Assembly: GCA_020137815.1 (NCBI GenBank)
Contig: CM035362.1
Location: 5,518,001 to 5,582,000, forward strand
Source: Hormiphora californensis
Taxonomy: Eukaryota > Animalia > Ctenophora
Reading direction: 5' to 3'
DNA length: 64,000 nucleotides
Shown one piece after another: positions 36,231 through 59,930 of the stretch (position 1 is the stretch's first letter; every line of letters starts with the position of its first letter). The notes beneath the pieces were generated by a model. It saw nothing but the letters and a program-made list of their open reading frames with translations. It was not told the DNA's origin and made no database searches. The position numbers were made by a program, and so were the translations under genes.

Positions 36231-39200
36231 GAGAGATAGAGATAGATAGATCTGATAGATAGCAGCGATAGCTCCGCTCTCTCTCTCGAGTGCCTCTCTC
36301 TCTCGATCGCGCTCTCCCCCTCGATAGCATAGAGTAGATTAGGAGAAGCCAATATGATGGGACAATGAACAAAACATCACCAACCTATCTTTTTTTTCAT
36401 CATTATATCTCTCTTACCATCTCTTTCTCTCTTTCCCGATCTTACAGGAAGTGAGAGAGCCAAAAGAGAAAACTAGTACATAAGGATAATAAATATATGC
36501 GCACACACAAAGAGATCTTGGTACGGATAGATTACAGGGAACAAATCGAACAATAGACTGAGAGATAGAGAGGAAGAGTTGCCTAAATTGAAGTGGAGGT
36601 TTATTTGCACATGGGTTGAGGGTGGATGACGCCAGAAATTGGGAGTATGGATTGGAAAAGGGATAAAAATGAAACGTCAGTATGTTGTGGTGAATCACGT
36701 CTATTATAAACATGCTCATTATGGTAGTGATAGAGATGATGTGAGGTAGTTGGTAAGAGATATATATGAAACACTGCCAACATCTCTCGATACCAATTAG
36801 CAGATAATATTGACTGACGACCCAAACCAATTAACACACTAATTACTGACCCAATTTCTTTGATCATGCCAATTAATACGCAGCCAATAATATATCCCAA
36901 TATGATTAGGCCAGGAAGATTTATTTCCAAAATTACTCATTCTACCCAACCAAAACTTTTCTTTAATTGAACTGCACCACGTACTGCCGTATCACGATGT
37001 GCACTTCCTGTGCTTGTCGAATTTGTTTGTTTACTTGTTTGTTTACCTGTTTGTCTATCTGTTTGTTTACCTGTTTGTTTACCTGTTTGTTTGTCTCTTC
37101 GTTTGTCAGTTTATTCGTTTGTATGACTGTTCAGTTGTCTGTCTGTCGGTTTCTTTGTCTATATACTTATAAGTTTGTCCGTTTATATTTATCAGTTTGT
37201 CTGTTAATTATTGGTTTGTTTGCAAGCTATGTATTCTTTATGTCATTGTCATGTATACACTTTGTCACTGTTTTATTGTCATTTTACTTACATAATTGTT
37301 GGTCTCTCATATTCATCATTTTGTCTTCGTCTTATCACCCATATTATTATTATTCTCTCATGGCCATTGGAATTATTTTCCCTCTCTCATTGATCAGCGC
37401 ATCGTTCATTATAATATGAGTCCCAAATATTCATTTGTGCACATAATCATTTGATAAGCCCATTTGAACCTTGATAATCAAGACTGCATTAGCCATATTT
37501 GACCCCGATCACTCATCCTTAGAGAGGAAGAGAGAGAGAGAGAGATCGGGAGAGAGAGAGGGAGAGAGGAGAGGGAGATCTGCTCTACTCTTCTCTCCTC
37601 TCTCGCTCTCTCCTCCTCTCGTTCTCTCTCGCTCTCATTGATCTCTCCCTCTTTCCCCCTCTTGAGACCCATCTGTAAAACGAGGATTAATTTGATGAAT
37701 TATATTTTGTTACTTAAAGGTCCCGGAAATCTTGTAAGACCACGTGACCGGATCTTTTCGATGAGCGTGAGAGACTAGTAGAGAGGTCATATATATACAA
37801 GTTTTTGAATTAATAAGAGTAGAACACAACAAAATCTGTATTCCACCCGCTCTTTGTTCTGTGCCCTAATCTTGTTCACCAAACAAAAATATCTGTGTTT
37901 TCCTCGTACCCAATGGGAGGCGACGGTTTCGGTTAGGGTAGCGTAAGAAGAAAGTCCTATTGTTCGGAAGACAGGTTACACCAAATGTTGTCAGAGTGGA
38001 TGATTCTCCACCACTACTGGGGATCCAGAGTGAAGCACGAGAATAGGAGCCAAACATCGCGCTCTTTCTGCTGGACGTAAGCCAGATGTGTTCAACCCAG
38101 CTAGTAGGTCTCAGTCCAGTTTTTGGTTCATTTGAGACGTACCGGGACGTTGTTGGACTGGAGGGAAATGATGCCGTCAAACTGTTACTGACCTACCTGG
38201 ACGTGGATACTCAGAACAAGCTGCGGGAAAAAGACCTCCATCATTATCATGACTGGGATGAGTTTCGGAGGGATGCAGTGAGGTGATGCACGCACGAACG
38301 TCAGAGTTAGATTAAGCACGTTCAAACTCAAACGTGAATACAGCGTGAGGGAATCGGTCCATCGACTTCGGAAACCGGATAAAAATGCTCTCCAGAACCG
38401 CTTTTTCCTGGAATTGGCCCTGGCGACACAGCTACTACCCCGGAAAACATGGCTGAAAGATGCTCTTGCTGTGGGTGTTGCGGAGACCAGAGATTGGGAG
38501 TTCAGCTTATACGGTTACAGAGGGATTGACGTTTACTACTGAACTTTTTTGGAGAGGCTCATGCATCCTAGACTCTTCCTACGAGCCTGCTGGGATAACA
38601 TCAGTGCGAGGCGGACATGATTGTGATTTTCAGCCTCAGTAGGCTCATTACGATGAACCCACCTCATCCACCCGCAAAACGCGAACACATTTGCGGTGGT
38701 ACATCTCATCCGTGCGCTCAACTAGCCCCACCCTCTCTCTTCCCCCAATACCAGCTCAGACTCGCCAGGTACAACACCTCCCCGATCGGTGTTGCCTTTG
38801 TTCAGCACATCTACATTCCCAGTACAATCACCGTAGCTCTGCTTCATGCTGATTATCTAACCACTTTTCCCGATGCACAGTATTTTCAGTCTTACCTCGT
38901 TCCCGGCTTCTCATTGTTCAAATGTCATGTCTAGTGCACAACAGCCTCTTGCGCTAGGGTCCCCAATTGGCCAGATGACCAGACTCAGTTCCGTTACAAC
39001 ATCAGGCCTATAGCTATGCTCAGCCCCAAACCAGCCCTTGCATCAGTTTCCGTCATCATATGGGATGGGGTCGTCGCAGAATCAGCAGATCAATCTCTCG
39101 TGGTCTGGAGTGGATGGAACCCAAATCGTTGACAGTTGGTCCTGCAATGGGCAGGGTCCACTGAGGGTAATTGTTTGGAGCAGAACGCCGGGATAGTCAA

Positions 39201-42200
39201 TGGAATGAATGGAACAGAGACGGATCGGCTAGGTACCACGTAATCAGGGTGATTGGTCTGATTTCCAGAACGAGAGCTAGAAGAGGGAACATATGGATAC
39301 GAACACAAACCTCGGGTTCCAGAGCCACCACATCAATGGACACCTCGTCTGTCGCCCCTGTAAGTCTCAACCTAGTTTGGTTCGTACAGTTCCCTTCCTT
39401 TAAACTAGTTTGCCCCGCTCGAGAAGGAGGGATGTTGAGGCATAGCTGCTCAGTCGCCCAACAGTTGATAGCTCCACGTGCACACTCCACTTTTGTTCAG
39501 CTTGTATTATTGCCTGTGGTAAAACTCGGTCTAACGTTGTATATTTTGGACCCAAGAGGGTCTGGTGAATCCGGTGCTTGTGCACTCATCACACTATATT
39601 GGCAGGGAGTTGCAGTCATGGATTGAGAAATCGGATTTGGTTGCAACTGGTAGTTGTTTTCGGCAGTGGTTCCAACAGGTTGGTGACTCGTTGATCTCGA
39701 TGGTTGGGCAGATTATGATTTTGTTCTGGATATCGGTCAGGGTCAAAATTGATGAGGTTCCTGACTGTTTCTCTAACTAGCCGAATCTTCACAGAGTTGT
39801 ATGACTGGTAGACTGCAGGACCTACGGGAAGGGATATCGAGGTAAATATGGGGGCCTGTATCCTGTTGTTGACAAACCGGATCAGGAAGTTGGGAGTTTT
39901 TGAAAAACAGTTTTCCTCGCTACGTTTAGCTCCTCGATAATTATATTGGAAAGTTCAGAAAGCGGAATGAGGGTCCGACATTCGTGGATATCGGAGGTGA
40001 AAGCGAACGGACGGTGAGACCTCAGACTGCCTCTGACAAGCACTTGTGAAAGACTGGATGCTCTCTCTTTCTTTGCATGGCTCTTACGTTAGCTACGTTG
40101 CTTCTTGCACCAGGAAACTGTGACTTATCTTTTCTCTGAGGCTCATCGATCCTACGACGCTTCATCATATCCAACAAGTTGAATGTATCAACAATCTCTT
40201 CAACCCCTCTAAATCCCTCACAATGGCCTATCGGGCTGCAGAATGGATCGGTGAACGGCAGGCGTACACGTTTTTATCCTCCACCAATGTCTTCTAACTT
40301 CTGCAGAGATTCGCTGAGGTAATCTCATTATCCTGGAGCTTCAGTTGATCACCATCTGGGTACTCGACTCAACCATCCCCGCAACCGGCTACCGCTGGAG
40401 GTACATATATCTCAGATTGTCTATCGTTTGTTAGTCTGTGTGAACACAAAATCCAAGAGCGTTGGAAACCACTGTCAATCCCACCATCACGGATTACAGA
40501 AAGTTCAGAAACCAGTTCCTGGACCCTGGTCACAGTAAGGTTCCTATCTGACTTAAACTTAAGACCACCACTCAACTTATATAACCCTGGTACTCAACAA
40601 ACGAGGAGTTGCCTNNNNNNNNNNNNNNNNNNNNNNNNNNNNNNNNNNNNNNNNNNNNNNNNNNNNNNNNNNNNNNNNNNNNNNNNNNNNNNNNNNNNNN
40701 NNNNNNNNNNNNNNGAGAAAAGAAGGAGAGGAAAGAAAGGAGAAAAAGGGAAAGGGAAAAAAGGGAAAAGGAGAGGAAGGAAGGAAGAAAGGGAAGAAGG
40801 GAAAGGGAAAAATAAGAGATTTTTTAGAGGGAAAAAAAAGAAAAGAAAAGAAAAAAAAGGTTTAAAAGGGGAGTTTTTAAAATTAAAAATTTTAGGGGAA
40901 AAAAGTAAAGGGGGGGAACCTTAAAAATAAAAAGTGAAAAAAAAAATTAAGGGATTTGAAAAAAAAAAAGGGGAAAAAAAAGGGGGAACAGGGGTTTTTT
41001 TTTTTTGGTTTTTTTTTTTTCCCCTTCCCCCTTAGGGAAAAGGGAGGGAAGGGGGGAAAATAAAAAAAGGGGGGTTGGGAGGGAAAACCCTTTTTTAAAA
41101 AATTTAAAAAAAAGGGGGAAAAAGAAAAAAAAAAAAAGGGGGGAAATTGAAAACGGGGTCTCAAATTTAAAAATAAAAAAAAAGCGCCCTTTTTTTCCCT
41201 TTGAAAAAGGGGCTTTTTTGGTTTCCCCCCTTGGGTTTTTACCCACCCAAAAAAATGAAACCTGTTTGCGGTCAGGAAAATTTTAAAAAAAGGGAACAGA
41301 TTTTTTTTCAACCCTTTTGGAACCCAGTTTTTCCCGCCTTTTTTTGGGAGAAAAAGAAAAAAGGGGAAAAAAGGGAGGGAAATGGGGAGAATGGGAGGGG
41401 GAAAAAAGGGAAATGAGGGGGGGGGGGGGGGGAAAAAAATTAAAAAAAAAAAGGGGGGGAAAGGAGGGGAGAAGGGTTTTTTTTGAAAAGGAAAGGAGGG
41501 GTAGTGAAAAAAGGGGAAAACCCCTTAAAAAAGAAGGGACAAGAAAAAGGGGGCATTTTATGTTTTTTTGAAAAAAAGGGGACCCCCAAAAATTTAAGGG
41601 GGCTTGGAAACAAAAGTTGGAGAGGAGAAGCTAAAAAAAGGGGAAAGAAAAAAGAAAGAAAAGAGAACGGGAAGAGGAAAAATTTAAGAGGAGGAAGGGG
41701 AGAGATGGGGAAGGAGAAGAAGGAGACGAGGTGTGGGAAAAAGGGAAAAAAAGAAAGAAAAACGAGAGAGGGAGGGTTGGAAAAAGGGAGAAGGAAAAGG
41801 GGTAATAAGGAAAAAAAGGGAAGAAAAAAAGAGGAAAACCAAAAAGAGAAAAGGGGGAAAAAAAGAAAAAAAGAGAGAGAGAGAGGAAGAGAAGAGGAGA
41901 AAAAAGAAAGAAAGAGAAAAGAAAGAAAGAAAGAGCTAAACGTCTCGCCAATTGAAAGTGGCCTATGCTGTAGCACAGAAGACACACACTCACAAACACT
42001 GACACATCCTAGTTGAAAACCAATAAACTTGAAACAACTGCAACTCCGGTCTAAACTATCTCCGACACATAATGGTCGACAACTTCTCCCCCTCTCTCTG
42101 CCTCCATCTTTCCCTCTCACATTTTCTCTTTTCTCTCCCCCTCTCTTCATCTTCTATCTGTCCCTCTCTCTGATCTCTCTTTCCCTCTCCACTTATGTGT

Positions 42201-42579
42201 TTCAATACTTCTTGGACGCTCATCAGAGTTTAGAATTAGCATAATTTATCACATTTATGCTTGCCGACCAGACATAAACAAATATCATATTTGTCAAATA
42301 AATGAAAGTTTTTAATATTGAGCTAGTTTTCTTAATAAGGAGGCGGAACCGACCGAATCAGGAAATACTCGTCCCTGATTGGCTGATAACCAGTCACGTG
42401 ACCTAAATAACGAGTTCTGATTGGTTGTTTACTTGTGTTGGAGAGGAGAACAAGAAAGTTCTGGTAGAAGTTGCACGGTTACGGTCACACACATAATTCG
42501 TCTGTGTGAATGTTAATGTAACATGTATCAACCACTCACGATATATAATAGAGATAGAGAGAGAGAGAGAAAGAAAGAA

Positions 42580-42674
<95 letters not shown>

Positions 42675-44276
42675 ATTAATTCTGTGTGTAACATGTGTGG
42701 GAAATATGCATCATGAATCGTACCGGAACTGAATTCGATAATCATCCTCCCCACCGATTAATCCCAGGGTTTAGGGTCAACCATTTGATAATTTCAAACC
42801 ATACTTAATTACCAACATTCTTTTTTTTCTAGATGGTTGGTTGGTTGCTGGTATTAAGCCGACGTTCAGGTTATACAAGCTCTTGAGCGATGTGACGAGG
42901 TAACTTCCGAACTGCTTAACCCAATCACATGTTAGATGGTTTGAGCACCAGAAAACAGAGTTGATTTAATTCTACAATTCACCTCTAATTTCTAAATGAT
43001 ATCTTCCCCACCCCCACGGAATGACATCTTCTCCCCCCCCCCCCCACTGAGATGCGCGAAGGTTACCGATCCACTTTAACATTATCTCAAAAAGTTGTGG
43101 TGACAATCAAAACAGCTTGCCCTTATTTGGTATAATCACCCCCTCTTCTTTCTTATTTTGACTGCCCTCCTTTTAGCCCTCCTTTCTCGGCACATTCCCC
43201 TTTAATCTTTAACTCAGCCGAACATAGTGAAGAATAGTTAGCCAGTAAATTCGATACAAAAGAAAAAGGGAACTAGAGGGAGAGAAGAAAGGGGAAACGA
43301 GAGATATATTTGTCTCGGGCTGCGTAGCTTTTATTACAAGACGTAATTTAAAATACTAATGATTGTGGTGTGAAAATTAGAGAAAGTAAGGTAAATACCT
43401 AACAGTGCGTGACGCAGAAGCAAGTTAACGTGGCGAGAGATACAGAGAAACAACAGAGATACAACAGGGATAGAAAACTGTTAGTGAGATCGTTACTTTG
43501 ACTGTAAAAAGCAAAAGAAAGATTGTTACTTTTACTAAGGAGAGCAAAAGAAAGATTGTTACTTTTACTTAGGAGAACAACAATGTACTAACCTGTTCTC
43601 TCAACCGTTCGTATTCACGACGTTCAACTTCTTCCTTGTGTTGTCTTCTTAGTTCAGAGGGTGATAGCTGGTGATACATAGCACTCTGAAACAACAGGAG
43701 AGAGGGTAAACAGCAGGAAAGGGTGAGACACTTTGATTTATGAAACTGATCGGTAAGGATTGATGTAGTAGTGAGGGTGGGCTCTCTATCTTCTTACTAT
43801 AAGGTCCTATCCTCTCTTTATCTTCTTTCTACATACAAGGTCCTATCCTCTCTCTATCTTCTTTCTACATACAAGGTCCTATCATCTCTCTATCTTCTTT
43901 CTACATACAAGGTCCTATCTTCTCTCTATCTTCTTTCTACAAGGTCCTATCATCTCTCTATCTTCTTTCTACAAGGTCCTAACCTCTCTCTATCTTCTTT
44001 CTACAAGGTCCTATCCTCTCTCTATCTTCTTCCTACAAGGTCCTATCATCTCTCTATCTTCTTTCTACAAGGTCCTATCGTCCAGCAATATCCTCTCTCC
44101 ATCTTCTTTCTACAAGGTCTCACTATCTTCCAGCAATATATCCTCTCTCTATCTCTATCGTCCAGCAATAGCCATCTTTCAACAGTTCTCTTTGTTTCTC
44201 TATCTCGACGTGTGCGTGTGGATGTATGTAGCGGATGCGTGAATTAACGTCAAAATTTGCTATAATTCTCTTTATG

Positions 44277-44346
<70 letters not shown>

Positions 44347-45905
44347 TAGGAGAAAGAAAGAGAGAGAAAGAGAGAGAGATAGAGAGAGAGATAGAGAGAG
44401 TGGGAGAGAGAAAGAGAATAAGGAGAGAGAAAGAGAGAGCAATCTGAGTGCGTACCAGTATAATATATGTTTGACATTTGTATGACAGAAAAAGGCTAAG
44501 GAAAGATAGAGAAAGGCCCTGGGAAGGAAAGATAGAAGCAATAGAATAAATTCGAATTTGTTATCCGAGATGAAACGTATTATGCGGAAGAACAGTAACT
44601 TATTCTCTCAAGCTACCTCTCTCTCTCTTAACCTCTTCATCTCTCAGCCTACCTCTCTCTCTCTGCCTACCTCTCTTTTTACCTCTTCATCTCTCTCAAA
44701 TATCAACGACAAAAAAGAATGCCATTATGAATTCAATAGAACGATGTTTAGAACTACCACTAACAATTTTTAGAACAATCATGACTAAATTACAATGTAC
44801 AATAATAGGAGTGTGTGAATCATTGACCGCAACGATTAAAGTAACAGAAATGTCTTTATGAATGAGAGTGGATGCGTTAGGTAAGCTATAGATCAGACAA
44901 AATACATGTAAAGAGTGTGTGTGTGTGTCCTAAATAATATAATTAAATAACTGATTAATTAACTAATTAACTGATTAATTAATTAATTACCTGTGTATTA
45001 ACATTGTTGTTTGTATTGGATGGCGGCTTTTTCTTCTTCTTGCATACAGCCAAGTTGACATCCTTCTCTTTGGACCCCTTCAGTCCCTTTGTTTCCTTTC
45101 CCTCTCCCTTGATAGCAGGCTGAAATTATAATTTGTTGTTGACAATTAATTATTAATTTAATTGTTAAGTTCTACACTTCCTTTTCGGGTGAGAGAGGGT
45201 CGAGCAATAAATGGCAGGGTGTTTGTCGGTAAAAACTACTTTGAGAGAAAAGATGTAGCTATAACTCCTAATTCCTAATGGCTCACACGTACATACAAGA
45301 TACCACTCTCTCTTCTTCTTTATCTCTCTGTTGTAGCTATCTCTCTCTATCTATCTCTCTGCTGTAGCTATCTCTGCTATAATAGCTATCTCTCTCCCTC
45401 TCGCCCTCTCAATCTCTATGCTATAATAGCTATCTCTCTCCCTCTCACCCTCTCTCCTTGCACATACTACACTCTGGGACCCATGTCTCAAAAGTGTCTC
45501 AACAAGTAACCAGCAGCATGCAATTAAACAATCAGAGTGATGCATAACCAATGGAAGATAAAGACTGGTTAATCGGATACAACTCACAAGATACTGGATA
45601 ATATTATTATCACACGAAAGAGAGAAGATATTAGTGATTTTTTACCTCGATGACGACTTTCTTGGAGAAGCGATTTGCAGTCAGACTGATCAAGATAGCA
45701 GAGAATATCAAAGATTCAACGCTCTGTAAATAAATGCGTTAGAGGCTGAAAATCGGAAAGAAATATTCATGGGAAAATGCTTGCAAACATCTTAAGAGTT
45801 GTCGTGTAGTACCTGAGTGATCAGAGGTACGACGACACAGCCGACGACCGATCCAAAAACACAGAACACAGAATAGTTGTCGAGAAAATTCTTCCCGACG
45901 GCCAT
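33572..45905 (-). CDS. Uncharacterised spliced gene (about 351 aa): N-terminal hydrophobic segments, Lys-rich patch, short coiled coil, S/T/P-rich tail
   Basis: Five stop-free, all phase-0 GT-AG exons: 45905-45813 (MAVGKNFLDNYSVFCVFGSVVGCVVVPLITQ), 45723-45646, 45119-44991, 43685-43593 (ELRRQHKEEVERREYERLREQ) and 34234-33572 (terminal). The link to the last exon crosses an N gap, so exons may be missing. Confidence 0.7.
37950..40614. pseudogene. Decayed coding-like island, probably a retroelement relic (gag-like on +; broken Cys-containing ORF on -)
   Basis: High-complexity, microsatellite-free block. The + fragment FETYRDVVGL..VKLLLTYLDVDTQNKL..WDEFRRDAV resembles Gag capsid N-termini. Many frameshifts and stops. 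Confidence 0.45.
40615..41940. other. Assembly gap (100 N) followed by low-quality homopolymer-rich sequence
   Basis: N run at 40615-40714, then inflated A/G/T runs. Confidence 0.9.
43783..44120 (+). repeat. Minisatellite, 32-36 bp unit
   Basis: Repeats of ACAAGGTCCTATCCTCTCTCTATCTTCTTTCT(ACAT). Confidence 0.85.
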
Positions 45906-46981
45906 TGTGGCTAAAAGAAAACCGAGAAACACAAATTAAAAGCTGTTAAACATGATCATAGTGGCTCATAAAATAGCAGCCGTGAAAATGAAGCATTAGA
46001 AAGATCCTGCAGTGTCAACAAAGGTCTACAAGGTCTACAAGAACCGAGAGGGAGCTTGGAAATTTTGCGGCTTTTAGAAATTTTGTGAGCCTGGTTTTAA
46101 TTTTGAACTAAACTTTTTATTGGAAAAATCCGACGCCGCGCATTTAGAATGCAGCGTAACCCAAATAATATTCGCGCCAGCCGTTATTTCTTAATTCTTG
46201 CCGCGCAAAATTTAGATGTCTTCGCTTCGATCAAGTCCACGAAAAAAAATCGTCCACCAACTTTTTTTGACGAACGTGACGACTGTCTTTTCTTTTGAAA
46301 AGCGCTGCCTTATCCCGCGCTGCGCGTGGCGCAGAACAGGCCAGCAACGTTTGCCAATCTTTTCTTTTTCTTTTTCTCGCTGTCGGCTGTCCAAAAGCGC
46401 CACTTTATCAGATATGATGCACTGCACTTCGAAAGGAAGTGGCATAAGCATAGTATTAGAGATTAGTTCGCGTAGAGTCCCCTAAATCTGCAGTAAGCAG
46501 AGACAGTATTATATATTTCATCATCCGATTTAAATATCGTTTAACTAACAAGACCTACCTTCAGAAAAATATCATCTTGAAATAACATCTGGAAATCCTT
46601 GGTATAGAACTAACCGCTTTTGAAACGAGAGTTAGTGAGACGAAGTCCGCACCAAGTGATGCAAGTAGTCAAGACCTAACAGAACTCGTGTTGTTCTTTA
46701 AAATATGAACAATGAAAAGCGGACAATAAATGTATATTTGTATTTGTATTTAAAAACGTCAAGCGGGAAAAGTAAGATGTTTTTTCTCATTCTTAAGGCA
46801 CGGGGCCCGGGGGAGAGTAAAGAATACGTCTACAAGGATTTTTTTTGGTGATTTTTAGCATGCTCGTCTCATTATACATGCCAGAACACATTAGTTGGGC
46901 CTCCATCGGCATATTCCTGAGTCCCCCGTTCTCAGACAATTAATGTTATCGTTCTTTGAAATGTAGTAGGGTGATAGAGAT

Positions 46982-56489
<9,508 letters not shown>

Positions 56490-56748
56490 ACTCCATGACA
56501 ACCCACCGCATCCCTATATTCAGCAACCTAGGGGGCCTTGGTAACAGCAGCAATTTGTTTTGAGGACATCACTCCAAGGAGAGATAGAGAGAGATGAAAC
56601 TTTGAATTAATGGCTGTATCAAGGATATATATGCGGATAATTTTTGTTGCTGTTCTCAGCCCGCTGAGCTTGTTCCCTTAAAAAACTCTGAAAAAAGACT
56701 TAAAAGCTCATTGAATTACTGTAAGGGCGCTATATATATTATATTTAC

Positions 56749-56857
56749 CAGGAACCGACCGAATCAGAAAATACTGGTCCCTGATTGGCTGATAACCAGT
56801 CACGTGACCTAAATAACGAGTTCTGATTGGTTGTTTACTTGGTTCGGTCGGTTCCTG
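56749..56857 (+). mobile_element. 109-bp hAT-like MITE copy
   Basis: Full TIRs with perfect 8-bp TSD ATATTTAC. Confidence 0.9.
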
Positions 56858-57086
56858 ATATTTACTTTAAACGACAAAAAACTTACAATATAAAATAATA
56901 TAATAAGGCAATTTAATTTATTTCTCAGGAACGTGAAAGTATTTTTGTTGCTTTTTTTACAAGTGAGCAATTTAAAGAACACGTGTTTGCTAAAACTCGC
57001 TTTAAAAAATGTTAGTGTTTTATAAAGAAGAATATCAGTTTCCTCGAAGGGAAAAAAGAGAAAGATAATCCCGCTAATTGCGACCT

Positions 57087-57846
57087 AATTAACTAATTGC
57101 GTTGTCGATCAGCCAATTAACTAATTGCGTTGTCGACCAGCCAATTAACTAATTGCGTTGTCGACCAGCCAATTAACTAATTGCGTTGTCGACCAGCCAA
57201 TTAACTAATTGCGTTGTCGACCAGCCAATTAACTAATTGCGTTGTCGACCAGCCAATTAACTAATTGCGTTGTCGACCAGCCAATTAACTAATTGCGTTG
57301 TCGACCAGCCAATTAACTAATTGCGTTGTCGACCAGCCAATTAACTAATTGCGTTGTCGACCAGCCAATTAACTAATTGCGTTGTCGACCAGCCAATTAA
57401 CTAATTGCGTTGTCGACCAGCCAATTAACTAATTGCGTTGTCGACCAGCCAATTAACTAATTGCGTTGTCGACCAGCCAATTAACTAATTGCGTTGTCGA
57501 CCAGCCAATTAACTAATTGCGTTGTCGACCAGCCAATTAACTAATTGCGTTGTCGACCAGCCAATTAACTAATTGCGTTGTCGACCAGCCAATTAACTAA
57601 TTGCGTTGTCGACCAGCCAATTAACTAATTGCGTTGTCGACCAGCTAATTAACTAATTGCGTTGTCGACCAGCCAATTAACTAATTGCGTTGTCGACCAG
57701 CCAATTAACTAATTGCGTTGTCGACCAGCCAATTAACTAATTGCGTTGTCGACCAGCCAATTAACTAATTGCGTTGTCGACCAGCCAATTAACTAATTGC
57801 GTTGTCGACCAGCCAATTAACTAATTGCGTTGTCGATCAGCCAATT
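57087..57846 (+). repeat. Homogeneous 28-bp tandem array (about 27 copies)
   Basis: Unit AATTAACTAATTGCGTTGTCGACCAGCC, no spacers. Confidence 0.96.
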
Positions 57847-58540
57847 CATTTAATTTGTCGGGAAGCGCGGAAGTTTGTTTCTATATTTTTCCACGGTTAA
57901 TATATAATGATAACGCACGCGGTAAATGTAAAATAATGAACATACAGGGTGGTACAAAATTCCCACTCGATCATGGGCAGCTGGAAATTTGACGGCCACC
58001 CTGTATTTCACACCCTACTACAAGATATTTGTATTACACACGTGTTGGAAAGGTGTGAACTGAGAGTGTGATGTGACACAAGAGGTAGCTAACAAAACAG
58101 TGTTAGTAATTGAGAGAGAGAGAGAGAAAGACACTTTGTCTCAAGAGTAAGACACTTTGTCTCAAGAGTAAGACAGTGTCTCCAAAGAGAGAGATAAATA
58201 TCAGACTGTCTCTAAACAGAGAGATACATATATCAGACTGTGAGAGTGTGTTGTTGTTTCTATTGTTCAACTCTATTTAATTTTTACATCACTTTAAAAT
58301 AATATTATAAACCCCCCCGAGAACATATATAATGCAAGGGCAGTAATTAGTATACGTGTTGTGTAGTAGTTGTCGGTTTTTCATTTTTCATTGACTGCGT
58401 TTTGCAATTAACATATATTGCAGATACGAATATCAATTGAACCAATTTAACTCCGTTTCTGCGAAACTAACTGTATACTCCCCTAAGGGCCCTTATATAT
58501 ATTTTTTGTCTTGATATATATAATTTAAAAGTACACTTAA

Positions 58541-59930
58541 GGGTACGCTAACCAAAATTTTTTTTCGAGTGCAGGGAAATCTCTCACCGTAGGGTTGTAG
58601 GCCATGTCAAGGAGACCTCAAATATGCAATTTGAGCTCTCAAGTCGAATTCATATTTTTGCTACAGCTGCTTGAAAAAGGAACTGAAAATACGTTTTTGG
58701 CATCCCAAAAAAAAATTTTTAAAGATAAGAGCATGAAAATTTGGGTATTTGAAGAGGACATGAAGGTGAATAACCACAAAAAATCTTTTTGAAATCTGAG
58801 CTGATTTCCGGTCCTGAGGTGGATTTCTTTTTTTCCACTTTAAGGCCCTATTTGGCAAAGTTCCGAAAACATGTGAAAGCTGTAAATTGGTGAAAAGTTG
58901 CGTCTAACGATTATCTAAGTGGCCATACATTTTGGGCGTGTCCTTATTTGAGATAAGCTGTACAGAGTTTTTTTTGTGAAAGCCGTCATTTCAGAAATAA
59001 ATAAATTCCCTGTATCTCAAAAACGGTTGATCGTAGAGACCTGAGACTATGCTTAAACGATTCAGAAGGTCCGATTTTGGGGGGGTCTTCTGAGATACAT
59101 TTTGCTCCTACTTCAACCGTTTTTGCTGTAATTGCGAAAAACAAATTCTATGAAAAGGGCAAAAGCTTAACTCCAATATCCTGTAATTAGGGAATTTTAG
59201 CTAAGAAAGGACCGAAACTATGGAAAAATGTTTAACAAGCTAATTCCTTCACTATTTGGTCCATATGGGTCCCTATAATCATCAAAAACAAAATCACAAA
59301 AAATCCACGATGGCGAAGATGGGTTTTTGTTTTTCGCAATTACAGCAAAAACGGTTGAAGTAGGAGCAAAATGTATCTCAGAAGACCCCCCCAAAATCGG
59401 ACCTTCTGAATCGTTTAAGCATAGTCTCAGGTCTCTACGATCAACCGTTTTTGAGATACAGGGAATTTATTTATTTTTGAAATGACGGCTTTCACAAAAA
59501 AAACTCTGTACAGCTTATCTCAAATAAGGACACGCCCAAAATTTATGGCCACTTAGATAATCGTTAGACGCAACTTTTCACCAATTTACAGCTTTCACAT
59601 GTTTTCGGAACTTTGCCAAATAGGGCGTTAAAGTGGAAAAAAAGAAATCCACCTCAGGACCGGAAATCAGCTCGGATTGCAAAAAGATTTTTTGTGGTTA
59701 TTCACCTTCATGTCCTCTTCAAATACCCAAATTTTCATACTCTTATCTTTAAAAAAATTTTTTTGGGATGCCAAAAACGTATTTTCAGTTCATTTTTCAA
59801 GCAGCTGTAGCAAAAATATGAATTCGACTTGAGAGCTCAAACTGCATATTTGAGGTCTCCTTGGCATGGCCTACAACCCTACGGTGAGAGATTTCCCTGC
59901 ACTCGAAAAAAATTTTTGGTTAGCGTACCC
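58541..59930. mobile_element. Non-autonomous long-TIR transposon with TTAA TSD (Sola3- or Kolobok-like)
   Basis: TTAA|GGGTACGCTAACC...GGTTAGCGTACCC|TTAA, TIRs of about 600 bp, spacer of about 180 bp. Confidence 0.85.

Noticed and set aside
42833-42899. Possible isolated + strand exon (TTCTAG|...GAG|GTAAC)
   Set aside because: No partner exons or recognisable product found.
46212-46485. ORFs between the divergent genes
   Set aside because: Short, no motifs; more likely promoter or UTR sequence.
57087-57846. CRISPR-like array
   Set aside because: Contiguous identical 28-bp units with no unique spacers, no cas genes, and a eukaryotic context.
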